NCBI GenBank assembly: GCA_016935175.1
Contig: JAFGRK010000019.1
Span: 6,037 to 70,036 of the forward strand
Length of the DNA: 64,000 nucleotides
DNA from: Candidatus Woesearchaeota archaeon
GTDB taxonomy: Archaea; Nanobdellota; Nanobdellia; Woesearchaeales; SM23-78
Reading direction: 5' to 3'
Shown one piece after another: positions 44,169 through 53,226 of this stretch; within the stretch, counting starts at the first letter, position 1; each line of letters begins with the position of its first letter. The notes beneath the pieces were generated by a model. That model had not been told where the DNA came from. It searched no databases and was given only the letters and a program-made list of their open reading frames with translations. The position numbers and the translations under genes were made by a program.

Positions 44169-44732
44169 TTAATTATCAATTTTGTTGTCAGGGCCTGCTT
44201 CTGGCTTCGATGGGTTTGATGATGATTTTCCATCAGCTGCCTTTTTCTTGCTTTCAGGCTTCTTCTTTTTAGCTATGCTCTTTAAAACTTGCACTTCCCC
44301 GCCTGCTTCCCTGACCTTGGAAATAGCATTCTTTGAGGCAAAATCAGTTAGGATAACCAGCTTCTCATTAACCTTGCCATTGCCAAGAAGCTTGTTGTAG
44401 CCTAGCTTCCCTAGCTCAAGAGTGAAACCTTCGGCATCCTTGGCGTCCTTTGCGCCCCTGGTCGCAAGCCCTTTTTCAGCCCAATCAACAAGGTTCTTGT
44501 TTATATCCTCTAGGTTAATGGCTTTTATCTTAATCCTGCTCTTAGAGCTAAACCCCTGCCTGCCCACAGGGAGATGCCAATAGCTAGGCTTTTTGGTGTC
44601 TGCCCTCTTGCCAGTGCCTGCACGGCCTCTTCCTCCTCGGTTGCCTGCTCCTTTGTGGTGCGCTGCCCCTCTGCCATAGCCGCAGAACTTGCTTCCTCGC
44701 TTCTTGGAATTCTTTTTTTTCTTGAAACGCAT
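44169..44732 (-). CDS. rpl15: Ribosomal protein uL15
   Basis: It has the G/R-rich N-terminus (GRGAAHHKGAGNRGGRGRAGTGKR) and operon position, plus a C-terminal K/S-rich tail. Confidence 0.9.
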   Translation of the reverse strand: MRFKKKKNSKKRGSKFCGYGRGAAHHKGAGNRGGRGRAGTGKRADTKKPSYWHLPVGRQGFSSKSRIKIKAINLEDINKNLVDWAEKGLATRGAKDAKDAEGFTLELGKLGYNKLLGNGKVNEKLVILTDFASKNAISKVREAGGEVQVLKSIAKKKKPESKKKAADGKSSSNPSKPEAGPDNKIDN

Positions 44733-44794
44733 GATAATCTCCCTCTGGTCTTAATATCATTCAATATCTAAATCTTTCAATCTCTCAATTTTAT

Positions 44795-45226
44795 CTAAAG
44801 CATTTTCTTTATCAAAGCATTAATCTTATCCCCTCTGTAGCCAAGAGCACCGCCTTTTATAAAAGGCTTTTTAATACCTTTGCGCTCAAATCCTCCTCTT
44901 GGAGGGTGGAGGCAAAAGAATTTTTTTAGCTTGCCATCAGGCTGCTTTTCCCCTCTCTTCTCAACCAGCTGCTTATAGGTCTCTTCATTAATCTCGCCGA
45001 AAGTGATATAGTCCTTGCATTTCAAGGCAGAAGCCCTATAGCTAGGGTTGTCTTCTACCACGACGCAAACGTGCTTTTTTCTTATCCTCAGGGTATCCAG
45101 GGTAGCCCTTATCTCTGTCTTGGTGCCTGTAAGCCCCCTTATAAGAACTAATGCCAGCATGCCGCCTTTTTTCTTTTCAGGCGCTGCTTTTTCTGCTTTC
45201 TTTGTTTCAGTTGGTTTCTTTTCCAT
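44795..45226 (-). CDS. rpl30: Ribosomal protein uL30
   Basis: It has LALVLIRGLTGTKTEIRATLDTLRIRK. ATG 45226 is preferred over the GTG at 45250. Confidence 0.88.
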   Translation of the reverse strand: MEKKPTETKKAEKAAPEKKKGGMLALVLIRGLTGTKTEIRATLDTLRIRKKHVCVVVEDNPSYRASALKCKDYITFGEINEETYKQLVEKRGEKQPDGKLKKFFCLHPPRGGFERKGIKKPFIKGGALGYRGDKINALIKKML

Positions 45227-45343
45227 AGTAATCACATCATTATTAATCACATCATTATTGTGATCGCATCGTTAGCATTGTTAACATCAATAGCATCTTC
45301 ATCAATATCATCATCGATAACATTCTGCCCTATGCATTTTGCC

Positions 45344-46243
45344 TCATTCTTTTTTCACCTCTGCATCACCGGCAGGGCTTACAATCCCCTCAACAGCCAT
45401 TCCTGCCTCATCCGGGAGTGCAGGCTGCTCAATGCTTCCCTCAATCACTCCGAGCCTATTAATATCTTCGGGCTTGAGTTTTACCTGCATTAGCTGGTGC
45501 AAGGCATCTTCACAAGCATAAACAAAATTAAGCAGGTTCCTGGTCTGGCCCCTGGTCTTCACCCAGACATCCTTGATGCCTGCAAGCTCAAGCACCTTTG
45601 CAATCTCTTTCTGGCAGCAAAGCCCTTTTCCCTTGGGTGCCGGTATGAACTTAATCTCAATGGAACCACATTTTCCTGTGACTGTGAAAGGTATTGAGTG
45701 GGGCTTTCCGCAATTGCATTGCCAAGAGCCACATCCTCTTCTTATCTTGAACAGGTTGAGCTTCGCCTTTCTTATGGCTTTCTCCCTTGCAGGCACAGTT
45801 TCCTTGGCCTTCCCAAAGCCCAATCCTACATGCCCGTTCTTGTCACCGACAACCACGACTGTTGCGAACTTGGGCTTGTTGCCTTCCATGGTCTTTTTCT
45901 GGGTCTGCCTGAAGACTCTCCTTGCCCCTCCTCCGAACTTTCCTTTTGACTGCCCTACCATCAATAAATCCTGCTCAAGCGAAAGCAAAGAGTCAATTAT
46001 CTCGGGCTCAAGAACCTTTTGCCCGCGGTCAAGTATCTCATCTATGTGGAATATTTCCCTGTTTTTCACTTTTGACCCTAACAAGGTCTTGGGCTTCCAG
46101 TTGTCAAGCGAGGAGCTTTCCTGGGAAGCGCGGGGTGATTGCCCCGAAGACCTTAATTCTTTCTCTCCGTAAGCAGATCTTGGCGCTGCCTTATCATTTT
46201 TTTTGGGTGCGTCTGGTCTTTTTCTTCTTGCCATGATTATCAT
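45344..46243 (-). CDS. rps5: Ribosomal protein uS5 with N- and C-terminal extensions
   Basis: It has the dsRBD plus S5 C-domain core (VVVGDKNGHVGLGFGKAKE, IPAPKGKGL). Confidence 0.92.
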   Translation of the reverse strand: MIIMARRKRPDAPKKNDKAAPRSAYGEKELRSSGQSPRASQESSSLDNWKPKTLLGSKVKNREIFHIDEILDRGQKVLEPEIIDSLLSLEQDLLMVGQSKGKFGGGARRVFRQTQKKTMEGNKPKFATVVVVGDKNGHVGLGFGKAKETVPAREKAIRKAKLNLFKIRRGCGSWQCNCGKPHSIPFTVTGKCGSIEIKFIPAPKGKGLCCQKEIAKVLELAGIKDVWVKTRGQTRNLLNFVYACEDALHQLMQVKLKPEDINRLGVIEGSIEQPALPDEAGMAVEGIVSPAGDAEVKKE

Positions 46244-46359
46244 CCGTTCATTTTTTCATCCGTTATATTGTTTCATCCGTTGTTTTATTTCGGTTTGTCT
46301 TGTTGTTGATTTTGTCTTGTTGTTTTTATTTCGTTATTTGCTTTATTGTGTTTTCAATT

Positions 46360-46920
46360 CTAGCCTTTGGTTATTTTTTTCTTTAAATCCTCAAAATCAT
46401 CTTTTATCTTGGCTGGATTAAGCTTCTGCTTAGCATAACCGGAGAACTGGGTCTTGTTCTTATTGGCCTCGAAAAACTTGGCTATGTGCTCTCCGCTCAG
46501 CCTTTCTTTTGACGGGAAAACCTCTTCTGAGGCATTCATCATCAGCCCAGCATCTATTGTGCCTTTTATTGCTGCATAAAGCCTTGAGCCGGGCAAGGTT
46601 GTCTGCAGCCCTAAGTCGGGTATGGCCTCGGTTATCTTTTTTGCCAATGCCTTTTTGCCGACTAATAGTCCTGCCAGGTAGCAGGCAGGCAAGTTGTTGC
46701 ATGAATAGTTCCAGCCCAATTTTTTCAAGGCTGACGAGTTGATTCCGCAAACAATCCTGTCGCCTGATGGCTGGTATTCTGCCACCTGCATTATGATGCT
46801 GGTGTTGGTCCTTCTTATGATGAGCCTTGGCTTTTGGCTCTTTAGCAATATCAATCTTTTCTTGTAATTGGTCCTGCCTTCTTTTTTTCTCTTGTATGGG
46901 CTTATTTTTTTTGCGCTCAT
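46360..46920 (-). CDS. rpl18: Ribosomal protein uL18
   Basis: It has RRKEGRTNYKKRL, PRLIIRRTN and operon position. Confidence 0.9.
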   Translation of the reverse strand: MSAKKISPYKRKKEGRTNYKKRLILLKSQKPRLIIRRTNTSIIMQVAEYQPSGDRIVCGINSSALKKLGWNYSCNNLPACYLAGLLVGKKALAKKITEAIPDLGLQTTLPGSRLYAAIKGTIDAGLMMNASEEVFPSKERLSGEHIAKFFEANKNKTQFSGYAKQKLNPAKIKDDFEDLKKKITKG

Positions 46921-46931
46921 GATAGCTCACT

Positions 46932-46970
46932 TTTATGAATCATTTTTATGAATGATTATTATGAATCATT
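46932..46970. repeat. 13-nt tandem repeat x3 (TTTATGAATCATT-like) in the L19e-L18 spacer
   Basis: Read directly from the sequence. The last unit overlaps the L19e stop codon. Confidence 0.75.
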
Positions 46971-47577
46971 AGTTTTTTGTTGTTGGCTCCCTTGCTTTGG
47001 TTTCCTTCTTTCCAGCGCGCCTAGGCTTTGGAGATGATTTTCTTTGGCTGGATTGCTTTGGCTGCTGGTTTGGTTTTTCCCCTGCCTGCTCTTGGCGAGT
47101 AGTTTTTCCCTCTGAGGGCCTAGAAACCTTCATCGGCATTGCAAATAGCTTGTGCTCTGCTGTGTAGAGCTTGATGTGCTTGACGCTCCTGAAAAAGCCT
47201 CCTTTTGACTTTTTGTAGAGCTCTTTGAAAGCGCCCGGCTTTAGGATTGGCTTAATCTCCTTTATGAAGTTCCTCTGGGCCCTAACCTTGCTCATCCACG
47301 CATCTTTTCTCGCGTGCCTTGCTGTGGATTTACCTTTCCTGCTGCCAGCTCCTTTTCTCAAGCCTTTTCTCCTTTGGACAAGTCTCTTATTAGCTCTTAC
47401 CCTTGAGACTCCTTTCTCAGGAACTTCCCTTATGGCCCCTTCTCCTACCAGCAGCCTTATGTCTGTCTTGGTGATGGCCTCTTTTATATCCTCTAGCCTC
47501 GCAGGGTCAAATGCGACTCTCTTAGGAGAGCAGCGCATCACATTGGCCGCAAGCCTTTTTTGAAGTTTTAACATCAT
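46969..47577 (-). CDS. rpl19e: Ribosomal protein eL19 (L19e) with C-terminal extension
   Basis: It has LQKRLAA.V..C...RV..DP and a basic core. Confidence 0.9.
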   Translation of the reverse strand: MMLKLQKRLAANVMRCSPKRVAFDPARLEDIKEAITKTDIRLLVGEGAIREVPEKGVSRVRANKRLVQRRKGLRKGAGSRKGKSTARHARKDAWMSKVRAQRNFIKEIKPILKPGAFKELYKKSKGGFFRSVKHIKLYTAEHKLFAMPMKVSRPSEGKTTRQEQAGEKPNQQPKQSSQRKSSPKPRRAGKKETKAREPTTKN

Positions 47578-47687
47578 CTTAGCTTACCTCTGGAATATCT
47601 TGTGGAATATCCTGTCTACCATGTTTTCACATTAAATCCTATAATCATACTCTATCAATCATATTCTATCGTGTCTATCGTGTTATA

Positions 47688-48404
47688 TCATGTTCTTTTT
47701 GTGAGGAGCTTGTCCTTTTCCTCTTTCTCAAGCTTTTTCTTTTCCTCATCACTTAATTGGGCTTCTTGCCTTGCTGCTTCAGGAGCTTTTCCCGCATCAT
47801 CAGGAGCCTTTCCTGCTTTTTCTGCGTTTTCTTTTTTTTCATTTTCCTTGGCAACAGCTTGCTCAATGCCTTTTTTCTTGGATTTTTCCTTTTCCGCCTT
47901 TTCCTTTTCTTTCTCCTTGGCTTCCTTGGCTGCAAGAAGCTCTTTTTTCCTTGCTTCCTGCCTTTCCTTGACGCTTGCCTGTATGGCAACAATTGTCTTT
48001 TCAGCATCCATGTTAAGCAGCACGAGCCCTTTCTTCTGTATCTCCGCGAGGATAAGTGCCCTTTTCCTATCTCCTAGCCTTGATGAGAGTATGATGCCAT
48101 GCCCCTCGGCAATCCTATCTAACTGGTTGAGGCATGATACCAATACTGGCTTTAAGCCTGATTTGTGCAACCCTTTCACTTGCACTGGGGACTTGAAGCC
48201 TGAGCCGGGCCTGAGGGCGTGAGCCCTTCTCCTGAGCCTTTGCTTGTTGTCCACACCTCTCGGCCTTCTCCATCTCTTAGCCAAGCTCTTGGCCTTGTAA
48301 TGGTCCTTTTTTCTGAAAAAAGGCTTTCTCCTCTTGATTTGCCTTCTCCTTTCCAGCAATGGTTTATTGTTTGTCATTTTTCCCTTGTATTGGTTCGTAA
48401 CCAT
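47688..48404 (-). CDS. rpl32e: Ribosomal protein eL32 (L32e) with ~100 aa K/E/A-rich C-terminal extension
   Basis: The L32e core (WRRPRGVDNKQR, GFKSPV) occupies the first ~135 aa. The remainder is KEKEKEKAEKEK-type low complexity. Confidence 0.85.
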   Translation of the reverse strand: MVTNQYKGKMTNNKPLLERRRQIKRRKPFFRKKDHYKAKSLAKRWRRPRGVDNKQRLRRRAHALRPGSGFKSPVQVKGLHKSGLKPVLVSCLNQLDRIAEGHGIILSSRLGDRKRALILAEIQKKGLVLLNMDAEKTIVAIQASVKERQEARKKELLAAKEAKEKEKEKAEKEKSKKKGIEQAVAKENEKKENAEKAGKAPDDAGKAPEAARQEAQLSDEEKKKLEKEEKDKLLTKRT

Positions 48405-48450
48405 ATTGATTTTATGATAATTATGATTTTGCGGTCATTTGCAGTCATTA

Positions 48451-48996
48451 CTAGTTCACTGGCTCGCCATCCTTTTCTATTATATATATTCCATCCTGAA
48501 ATATCCTCTTGTCAAAGCCAGGCCTTCTGGATAGCAATTCCATGAGAGATGCTGCTTTGCTGGCAGCCTCCTTGTCTGCCCCTTCGATGATGATGAATTG
48601 GCCGTCAACCTTAATATTTAATCCTGGCGGCAAGGCAGTGGTCCTCGGCACTGTCTCTCCGAAAAAATTCTTCAGCTCAAAAATATTTCCCTTAACACTA
48701 GCAGTCATTGGGAAGTGCCCTGAGCATATCTTAAGCTTATAACTATGACCCTGGCTTACGCCCTTAATCATGTTTCTTAGGTGTGCCAAGTAACCCTTAA
48801 TCAGCTTTTTCTCCCTCTTGGTCGCTTTCTTTGACTCGAAGACCAAGGCATTGCCATCTATTTTTGACTCTATTTTAGGGTTATGGAAAGTTCTCTTTAC
48901 TTCCCCCTCGGGTCCCTTGACAGTGAACAGCCCGCCCTCTATGGTTATGTTTATGTTCTCTGGTATCAATAGCTCTTCTTTCATGTCTTGCTTCAT
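48451..48996 (-). CDS. rpl6: Ribosomal protein uL6
   Basis: It has the two-domain uL6 pattern and operon position. Confidence 0.9.
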   Translation of the reverse strand: MKQDMKEELLIPENINITIEGGLFTVKGPEGEVKRTFHNPKIESKIDGNALVFESKKATKREKKLIKGYLAHLRNMIKGVSQGHSYKLKICSGHFPMTASVKGNIFELKNFFGETVPRTTALPPGLNIKVDGQFIIIEGADKEAASKAASLMELLSRRPGFDKRIFQDGIYIIEKDGEPVN

Positions 48997-49060
48997 TTTC
49001 AGTTGGTGGGCGGGTTAATGGCATTAATAATATCCTAATTATAATACCCTAATTAATGTC

Positions 49061-49453
49061 CTAATAACAATAGCTTACCAGCCTTCCTCCAATTCCTTTC
49101 TTTTTAGCCTCATCATGGCTCATCATGCCTTGTGACGTGCTTACTACCAATATCCCGAAATCTTTTGCAGGCAGGAACCTCTTCTCAAACTTTTCATATG
49201 TGTCTTTCTTGACGCTGAACCTTGGCTTCACCACGCCTGCCTTGTTGATGTTGCCTATGAGGTTTATCTTAAGCGAGTCTCCCTTGGAATCCTTGAGCTC
49301 CTCATAGCCGCCTATGAACTTGTGCTCCTGCATTATGGAAAGCACTTTCTTAATGGTCTTGGAATTATTTCTTGTAACTATATCCTTTCTGCCTACCTTC
49401 TCATATGCATTGATCTGCGAAAGCACATTGGATAATGGGTCATTGAGCGCCAT
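49061..49453 (-). CDS. rps8: Ribosomal protein uS8
   Basis: It has DPLSNVLSQINAYEK and the C-terminal GGRLVSYCY. Confidence 0.92.
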   Translation of the reverse strand: MALNDPLSNVLSQINAYEKVGRKDIVTRNNSKTIKKVLSIMQEHKFIGGYEELKDSKGDSLKINLIGNINKAGVVKPRFSVKKDTYEKFEKRFLPAKDFGILVVSTSQGMMSHDEAKKKGIGGRLVSYCY

Positions 49454-49465
49454 CTTGTGTTTACC

Positions 49466-49696
49466 TCAGCTGTATTTCTTGAAACCTATCTTGGGGGCTA
49501 TTTCCCTAAAGCATTGCCTACAAAAATTAAGGCCGTATCTGCCTATAAAGGCTGATGTCTGGCCGCATCTCCTGCACTTATGCACGCTCCTGCCGAACTT
49601 CCTTTTTCTAGGAACGTTGTATTTTAGGTATTTCTCGTATTTGGCAGGCTTGTGCCTGATTTGCTTCAGGACTTTGGTGTAGTGGGTATTGGTCAT
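49466..49696 (-). CDS. rps14: Ribosomal protein uS14 (zinc type)
   Basis: It has CRRCG...CRQCFRE. ATG 49696 avoids the 26-nt overlap with rpl5 that the longer ORF would imply. Confidence 0.85.
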   Translation of the reverse strand: MTNTHYTKVLKQIRHKPAKYEKYLKYNVPRKRKFGRSVHKCRRCGQTSAFIGRYGLNFCRQCFREIAPKIGFKKYS

Positions 49697-49709
49697 TTTG
49701 CATCTTGCC

Positions 49710-50273
49710 TCATTGCTCTTCTTCCTGCTCCTCACTGAGCTTGATTGAAAAGCTTTTCTTCATAAATTCCACAGCAGCATCTTTTCTTACCCTGTGCCTC
49801 GAAGGAATCTTCCTCTTGAGTATCTTCCTCCTCTTGACCCTGAATCCTGGGCGCTCGAGGGTAATGGACGCCTGCAGCCCAATGATGCCTATCTTATGGT
49901 CGTATTTGACTCCCGGGATGTCAATGTACTCATGAATCCCGAAAGATACATTGCCATCATCATCAAAATTATCCCTTGACAAAAGGTTGTTTCTGGCAGC
50001 CAAGAGCCTGCCGATCAGCTCCTGGGCTTCTGACCTCCGTAATGTAAGTTTGCACCCTATTGGCAGGCCAGGCCTCAGCCCCCAGCCGGCAATCCTTTTC
50101 TGGGTTATGGTCTTGACCGGGTCAATGCCCGTGATGTTCTTCAAGAGGAGCATCCCCTTGTCTAGGTTAGCTGGCTCCTTGCCCGCGCCTATGTTAAGGG
50201 TTAATTTCCCGACTTTGATTTCGCTCATTGGTGAACTCATTTTGAATCCGTCCTTATCTAGTGCATTTATCAT
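49710..50273 (-). CDS. rpl5: Ribosomal protein uL5
   Basis: It has the uL5 core (NIGAGK, GIHEYIDIPGVKYD) and operon position. Confidence 0.92.
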   Translation of the reverse strand: MINALDKDGFKMSSPMSEIKVGKLTLNIGAGKEPANLDKGMLLLKNITGIDPVKTITQKRIAGWGLRPGLPIGCKLTLRRSEAQELIGRLLAARNNLLSRDNFDDDGNVSFGIHEYIDIPGVKYDHKIGIIGLQASITLERPGFRVKRRKILKRKIPSRHRVRKDAAVEFMKKSFSIKLSEEQEEEQ

Positions 50274-50315
50274 TTAATGCAATCATCTGCTATGATTATG
50301 TTCCGTCAAATGCAT

Positions 50316-50339
50316 CTCCTAATACAACTCCTAATACAA
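50316..50339. repeat. 12-nt tandem duplication (CTCCTAATACAA x2) in the S4e-L5 spacer
   Basis: Read directly from the sequence. Confidence 0.8.
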
Positions 50340-50340
50340 C

Positions 50341-51096
50341 TCATGGGTTTGGCTTCCTGCCATCGTTATTGCCTGGTGCTGATTGCCTGATGCTCAAGCT
50401 TATGACTGGTTTGTCTTGGCCGACTACAAAAGCATATATCCTCCTAGTCTCAAAAACATCATCATCAAGCTTGAACACGATGTTGGGCTCAGCGGGGTCT
50501 AAATCATCTATTTTCACAAGGTTCCCTACGTGCTTTCCCTTGTAAAGGTAGACTAATGCGCCTTTCTCCATCTTCAAGTGCTTCTTAATCTGGTTTCCAG
50601 GGATTGAATATAATAACGAGTCGTTTCTCTTGATTTGCTTCAGCAGCGGGTCATCTTTCTTAAAAAGGAAGTTCTTTCCATCAGAGCAGTTAAGCTGAAC
50701 AATGCCTCTTGGAAGATGGACAAGATTAATCACTTTTGACAGCTTGACCTTTGATTCCTCCTCGCTAATTTTATCAAGGAAAAGCTTGTCTTTCTGGTTG
50801 ACTAGCAGCCTGTAATGCTCCTTGATGGAGGGGAAACTGATGACATCCAAGAAGCCAACGGGAAACTTTTCATCAAATCTCCTCTTGCCGTTCACTAGCA
50901 CTTCCTGTGTCTTTATCATGAACTTGGACTCCTTGGTGGTCTTGGCCTTGCCAAGCATCTCCTTGAGTGCTGAGTTTAGCGAGATTGAAAGTGAGATGTC
51001 CCTGCCCGGGTTGGGGCGGGTTATGAAAGTCTTATTCTTCCTGAGCACATCCCATCTTTTGGGCGCATTTACCCTTTTGATATGATTCTTAGCCAT
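50341..51096 (-). CDS. rps4e: Ribosomal protein eS4 (S4e)
   Basis: It has HIKRVNAPKRW and the S4/KOW domains. Confidence 0.92.
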   Translation of the reverse strand: MAKNHIKRVNAPKRWDVLRKNKTFITRPNPGRDISLSISLNSALKEMLGKAKTTKESKFMIKTQEVLVNGKRRFDEKFPVGFLDVISFPSIKEHYRLLVNQKDKLFLDKISEEESKVKLSKVINLVHLPRGIVQLNCSDGKNFLFKKDDPLLKQIKRNDSLLYSIPGNQIKKHLKMEKGALVYLYKGKHVGNLVKIDDLDPAEPNIVFKLDDDVFETRRIYAFVVGQDKPVISLSIRQSAPGNNDGRKPNP

Positions 51097-51187
51097 TTTC
51101 TAACCTTCCTTTCGTGTTCTTTACATTTGTCTAAGCTGTTTTTACTGTGAATTTTATCCTTTATTTTATTTTTAATTTAGTTTTATC

Positions 51188-51604
51188 TTATTCTTGTTTT
51201 ATTTTTATTTTACTTGCCTGCGGCTGTTTTTTCTTGAACCTCTTCTTATCATCGGCTTTGGCATCTATTATGAGCAAATTTGAGGCATGAATCAATGGCT
51301 TGCTCTTGGAGCCGTCCTTTTTTGCAACCTCAATCCCTGAAATAGCTGATTTGCTTTTTTTCAAGTCAATCAGCTCTACTTTGCCTTCTTTGCCCTTGAA
51401 GCGCCCCGCCATCACCTTCACCTTGTCACCAACAATTATCCTTGCTTTTGCAAGTCCATGCTTCTTCGCCATATCCTTTGATAAAGGAGCATTAAGAAAC
51501 TTGCTCTGCACATGCTTAGGCGCACGGTACAAGTATTTTCTTTGCTTCCTTGGCTGGCTGCTTGCCTTCCACTTGGTTGAAAAAAGCTTTTTCATGGATA
51601 TCAT
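51188..51604 (-). CDS. rpl24: Ribosomal protein uL24
   Basis: It has the KOW motif GDKVKVMAGRFKGKEGKV and operon position. Confidence 0.9.
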   Translation of the reverse strand: MISMKKLFSTKWKASSQPRKQRKYLYRAPKHVQSKFLNAPLSKDMAKKHGLAKARIIVGDKVKVMAGRFKGKEGKVELIDLKKSKSAISGIEVAKKDGSKSKPLIHASNLLIIDAKADDKKRFKKKQPQASKIKIKQE

Positions 51605-51670
51605 CTCTTAGTATTCATATCTTTTAGTTTTCATATCATTTAGTATTCATTTCTCTTAGCATTCATCATC
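51605..51670. repeat. 16-nt tandem repeat x4 (TTAGTATTCAT-core) in the L14-L24 spacer
   Basis: The cores lie at 51608, 51624, 51640 and 51656. Confidence 0.8.
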
Positions 51671-51681
51671 ATTTTCAATCA

Positions 51682-52083
51682 TTAAATAACCATGCTGGCC
51701 ACCTTTGCAATCATTGGCCAACGCTCAGTCACTTCCTTTGCAATAGGTCCTTTGAAAATAGTGCCTTTAGGTGTGCCCTTGTCATCCTTAAGCACTATTG
51801 CCGCATTATCTTCAAACTTGATTCGTACGCCATTGTGCCGCCTATATTCGCGCTTTTGCCTAACAATGACTGCGAAAACAACCTGTTTTCTCATGTCAGG
51901 CCTGCCTTTCACTACGGACGCAGTTATAAGGTCCCCCATGCCACCGCTAGAGTTCCTTCCCTTGACAGTTTTTGATCCTTTGAAGGATATTATCTTAAGC
52001 AGCTTGGCTCCTGAATTGTCGCATGTCTCTAAAAATGAGCCTTTCTGCAATCCTGCTGTCACATTGGCTTTTACTGATTTCAT
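51682..52083 (-). CDS. rpl14: Ribosomal protein uL14
   Basis: It has CDNSGAK...R.NGVRIKFEDNAAV. Confidence 0.95.
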   Translation of the reverse strand: MKSVKANVTAGLQKGSFLETCDNSGAKLLKIISFKGSKTVKGRNSSGGMGDLITASVVKGRPDMRKQVVFAVIVRQKREYRRHNGVRIKFEDNAAIVLKDDKGTPKGTIFKGPIAKEVTERWPMIAKVASMVI

Positions 52084-52085
52084 TT

Positions 52086-52550
52086 TTAATCGCCCTTGGC
52101 TAGCACCTTATGTTTTTTTACGCTGGCATCTGTTTCTGATGCCTGGAAAGAGGCTGATTGAGCTTTTTCTTTGCCTTCATCTTCTGCCACCGCCTCTGCC
52201 TTGATTATGTCCTTGGCAGATTCCTTCCCTAATATCTCAACAACTACGAAATGTTTGGTCTTGGAAAGGGGCCTGCATTCTGATATAAGCACCAAGTCCC
52301 CTTTCTTGGCATCAATGCAATCCGGGTTGTGTGCGTTCACCTTGCTCTTTCTTTTCTCATACCTCTCAAACTTCGGGACAAATACCTTTCGGTCCCATGA
52401 TACTATGGCTGACTTTGACATCTTGTCACTGGTGACTTTCCCAGAGAGGAACCTTCCCCTTATGCTTAGTGTGCCGTGGAAAGGGCAATTCTTGTCAGAG
52501 CACTTCTTCTCTGGTTGCTTGATGTTGTGTCCTGTTCCTTTCTTTTTCAT
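52086..52550 (-). CDS. rps17: Ribosomal protein uS17 with acidic/K-rich C-terminal extension
   Basis: It has CPFHG...G.V.S.KM.K...V and an OB core. Confidence 0.9.
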   Translation of the reverse strand: MKKKGTGHNIKQPEKKCSDKNCPFHGTLSIRGRFLSGKVTSDKMSKSAIVSWDRKVFVPKFERYEKRKSKVNAHNPDCIDAKKGDLVLISECRPLSKTKHFVVVEILGKESAKDIIKAEAVAEDEGKEKAQSASFQASETDASVKKHKVLAKGD

Positions 52551-52649
52551 GTTGATTGTCTCCTTAAGGCGTGTTCCTTGGGTTTTGGTTGTGATCCGTA
52601 TATCTTGGCCCTCTTAACTCTTAGCTCTCATAGCTCTTGTTTGCCAGGG

Positions 52650-52892
52650 TTATTTTTTTATTCGCTCCTCAGGCCTGCGAAGAATCCTCTCGCCGAGGAT
52701 TTCCTTGCTGTTAATCCTGAAAACCGAGCCCTTTTTTAGCAGTCTCTTCTCTTGGTTCTGGCTATTGACTATGGTGAAGCTGTTCTTTGTCTCATCAATA
52801 ACCTTTCCTTTCGCACCCTCCACATCCTTGTTTTTTGACTTGATAACCTCTATTTCACTACCTATAAACTCATCTGAATAACCATTATCCAT
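52650..52892 (-). CDS. rnp1: RNase P protein component 1 (Rpp29/Pop4)
   Basis: It has the Sm-like core IGSEIEVIKSKNKDVEGAKGKVIDETKNSF and the conserved position between SUI1/L29 and S17. Confidence 0.8.
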   Translation of the reverse strand: MDNGYSDEFIGSEIEVIKSKNKDVEGAKGKVIDETKNSFTIVNSQNQEKRLLKKGSVFRINSKEILGERILRRPEERIKK

Positions 52893-52911
52893 CTTAATTT
52901 TTGTTTCCTTG

Positions 52912-53226
52912 CTATTTTTTCTTGATGTCTACCATGTCTGGGCTGAACCCGAGCTTTACAAATTCTGCCTTGATGTCCTTTAGGTGGTCTCCCTGAAGCT
53001 CAATCGCCCCGTCCTTGGCTGTGCCCCCGCAGGCGAATCGGCTCTTGAGCTTCTTGGCCAGCTCCTTCAGGTCAATCTCGTTTTGGTTTATTCCTGTAAT
53101 AACAGTGCTTATTTTCCCGAATTTCTTCTTTACCAAACCAATTTCGATCTTCTGGCTCTCCTTTGCGATTGTCTCACAAACGCAAAGCTCTTTCGGCAGC
53201 CCACATGTGTTGCATACTTCGCTCAT
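52912..53226 (-). CDS. sui1: Translation initiation factor aSUI1 (eIF1 homologue)
   Basis: It has an N-terminal zinc knuckle CNTCG..C.C and the SUI1 fold motif [18 protein letters not shown]. Confidence 0.9.
   Translation of the reverse strand: MSEVCNTCGLPKELCVCETIAKESQKIEIGLVKKKFGKISTVITGINQNEIDLKELAKKLKSRFACGGTAKDGAIELQGDHLKDIKAEFVKLGFSPDMVDIKKK

Noticed and set aside
46460-46930. 156-aa alternative frame on the - strand overlapping rpl18
   Set aside because: The other frame (46360-46920) gives the recognisable uL18 sequence. This frame gives Arg/Lys-rich nonsense.
45573-48222. Several 100-200 aa + strand ORFs (45573-46172, 45922-46236, 47602-48222, 47757-48077)
   Set aside because: All are antisense or alternate frames of the rps5, rpl19e and rpl32e genes. 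They are kept open by K/E-rich codon repeats on the true strand.
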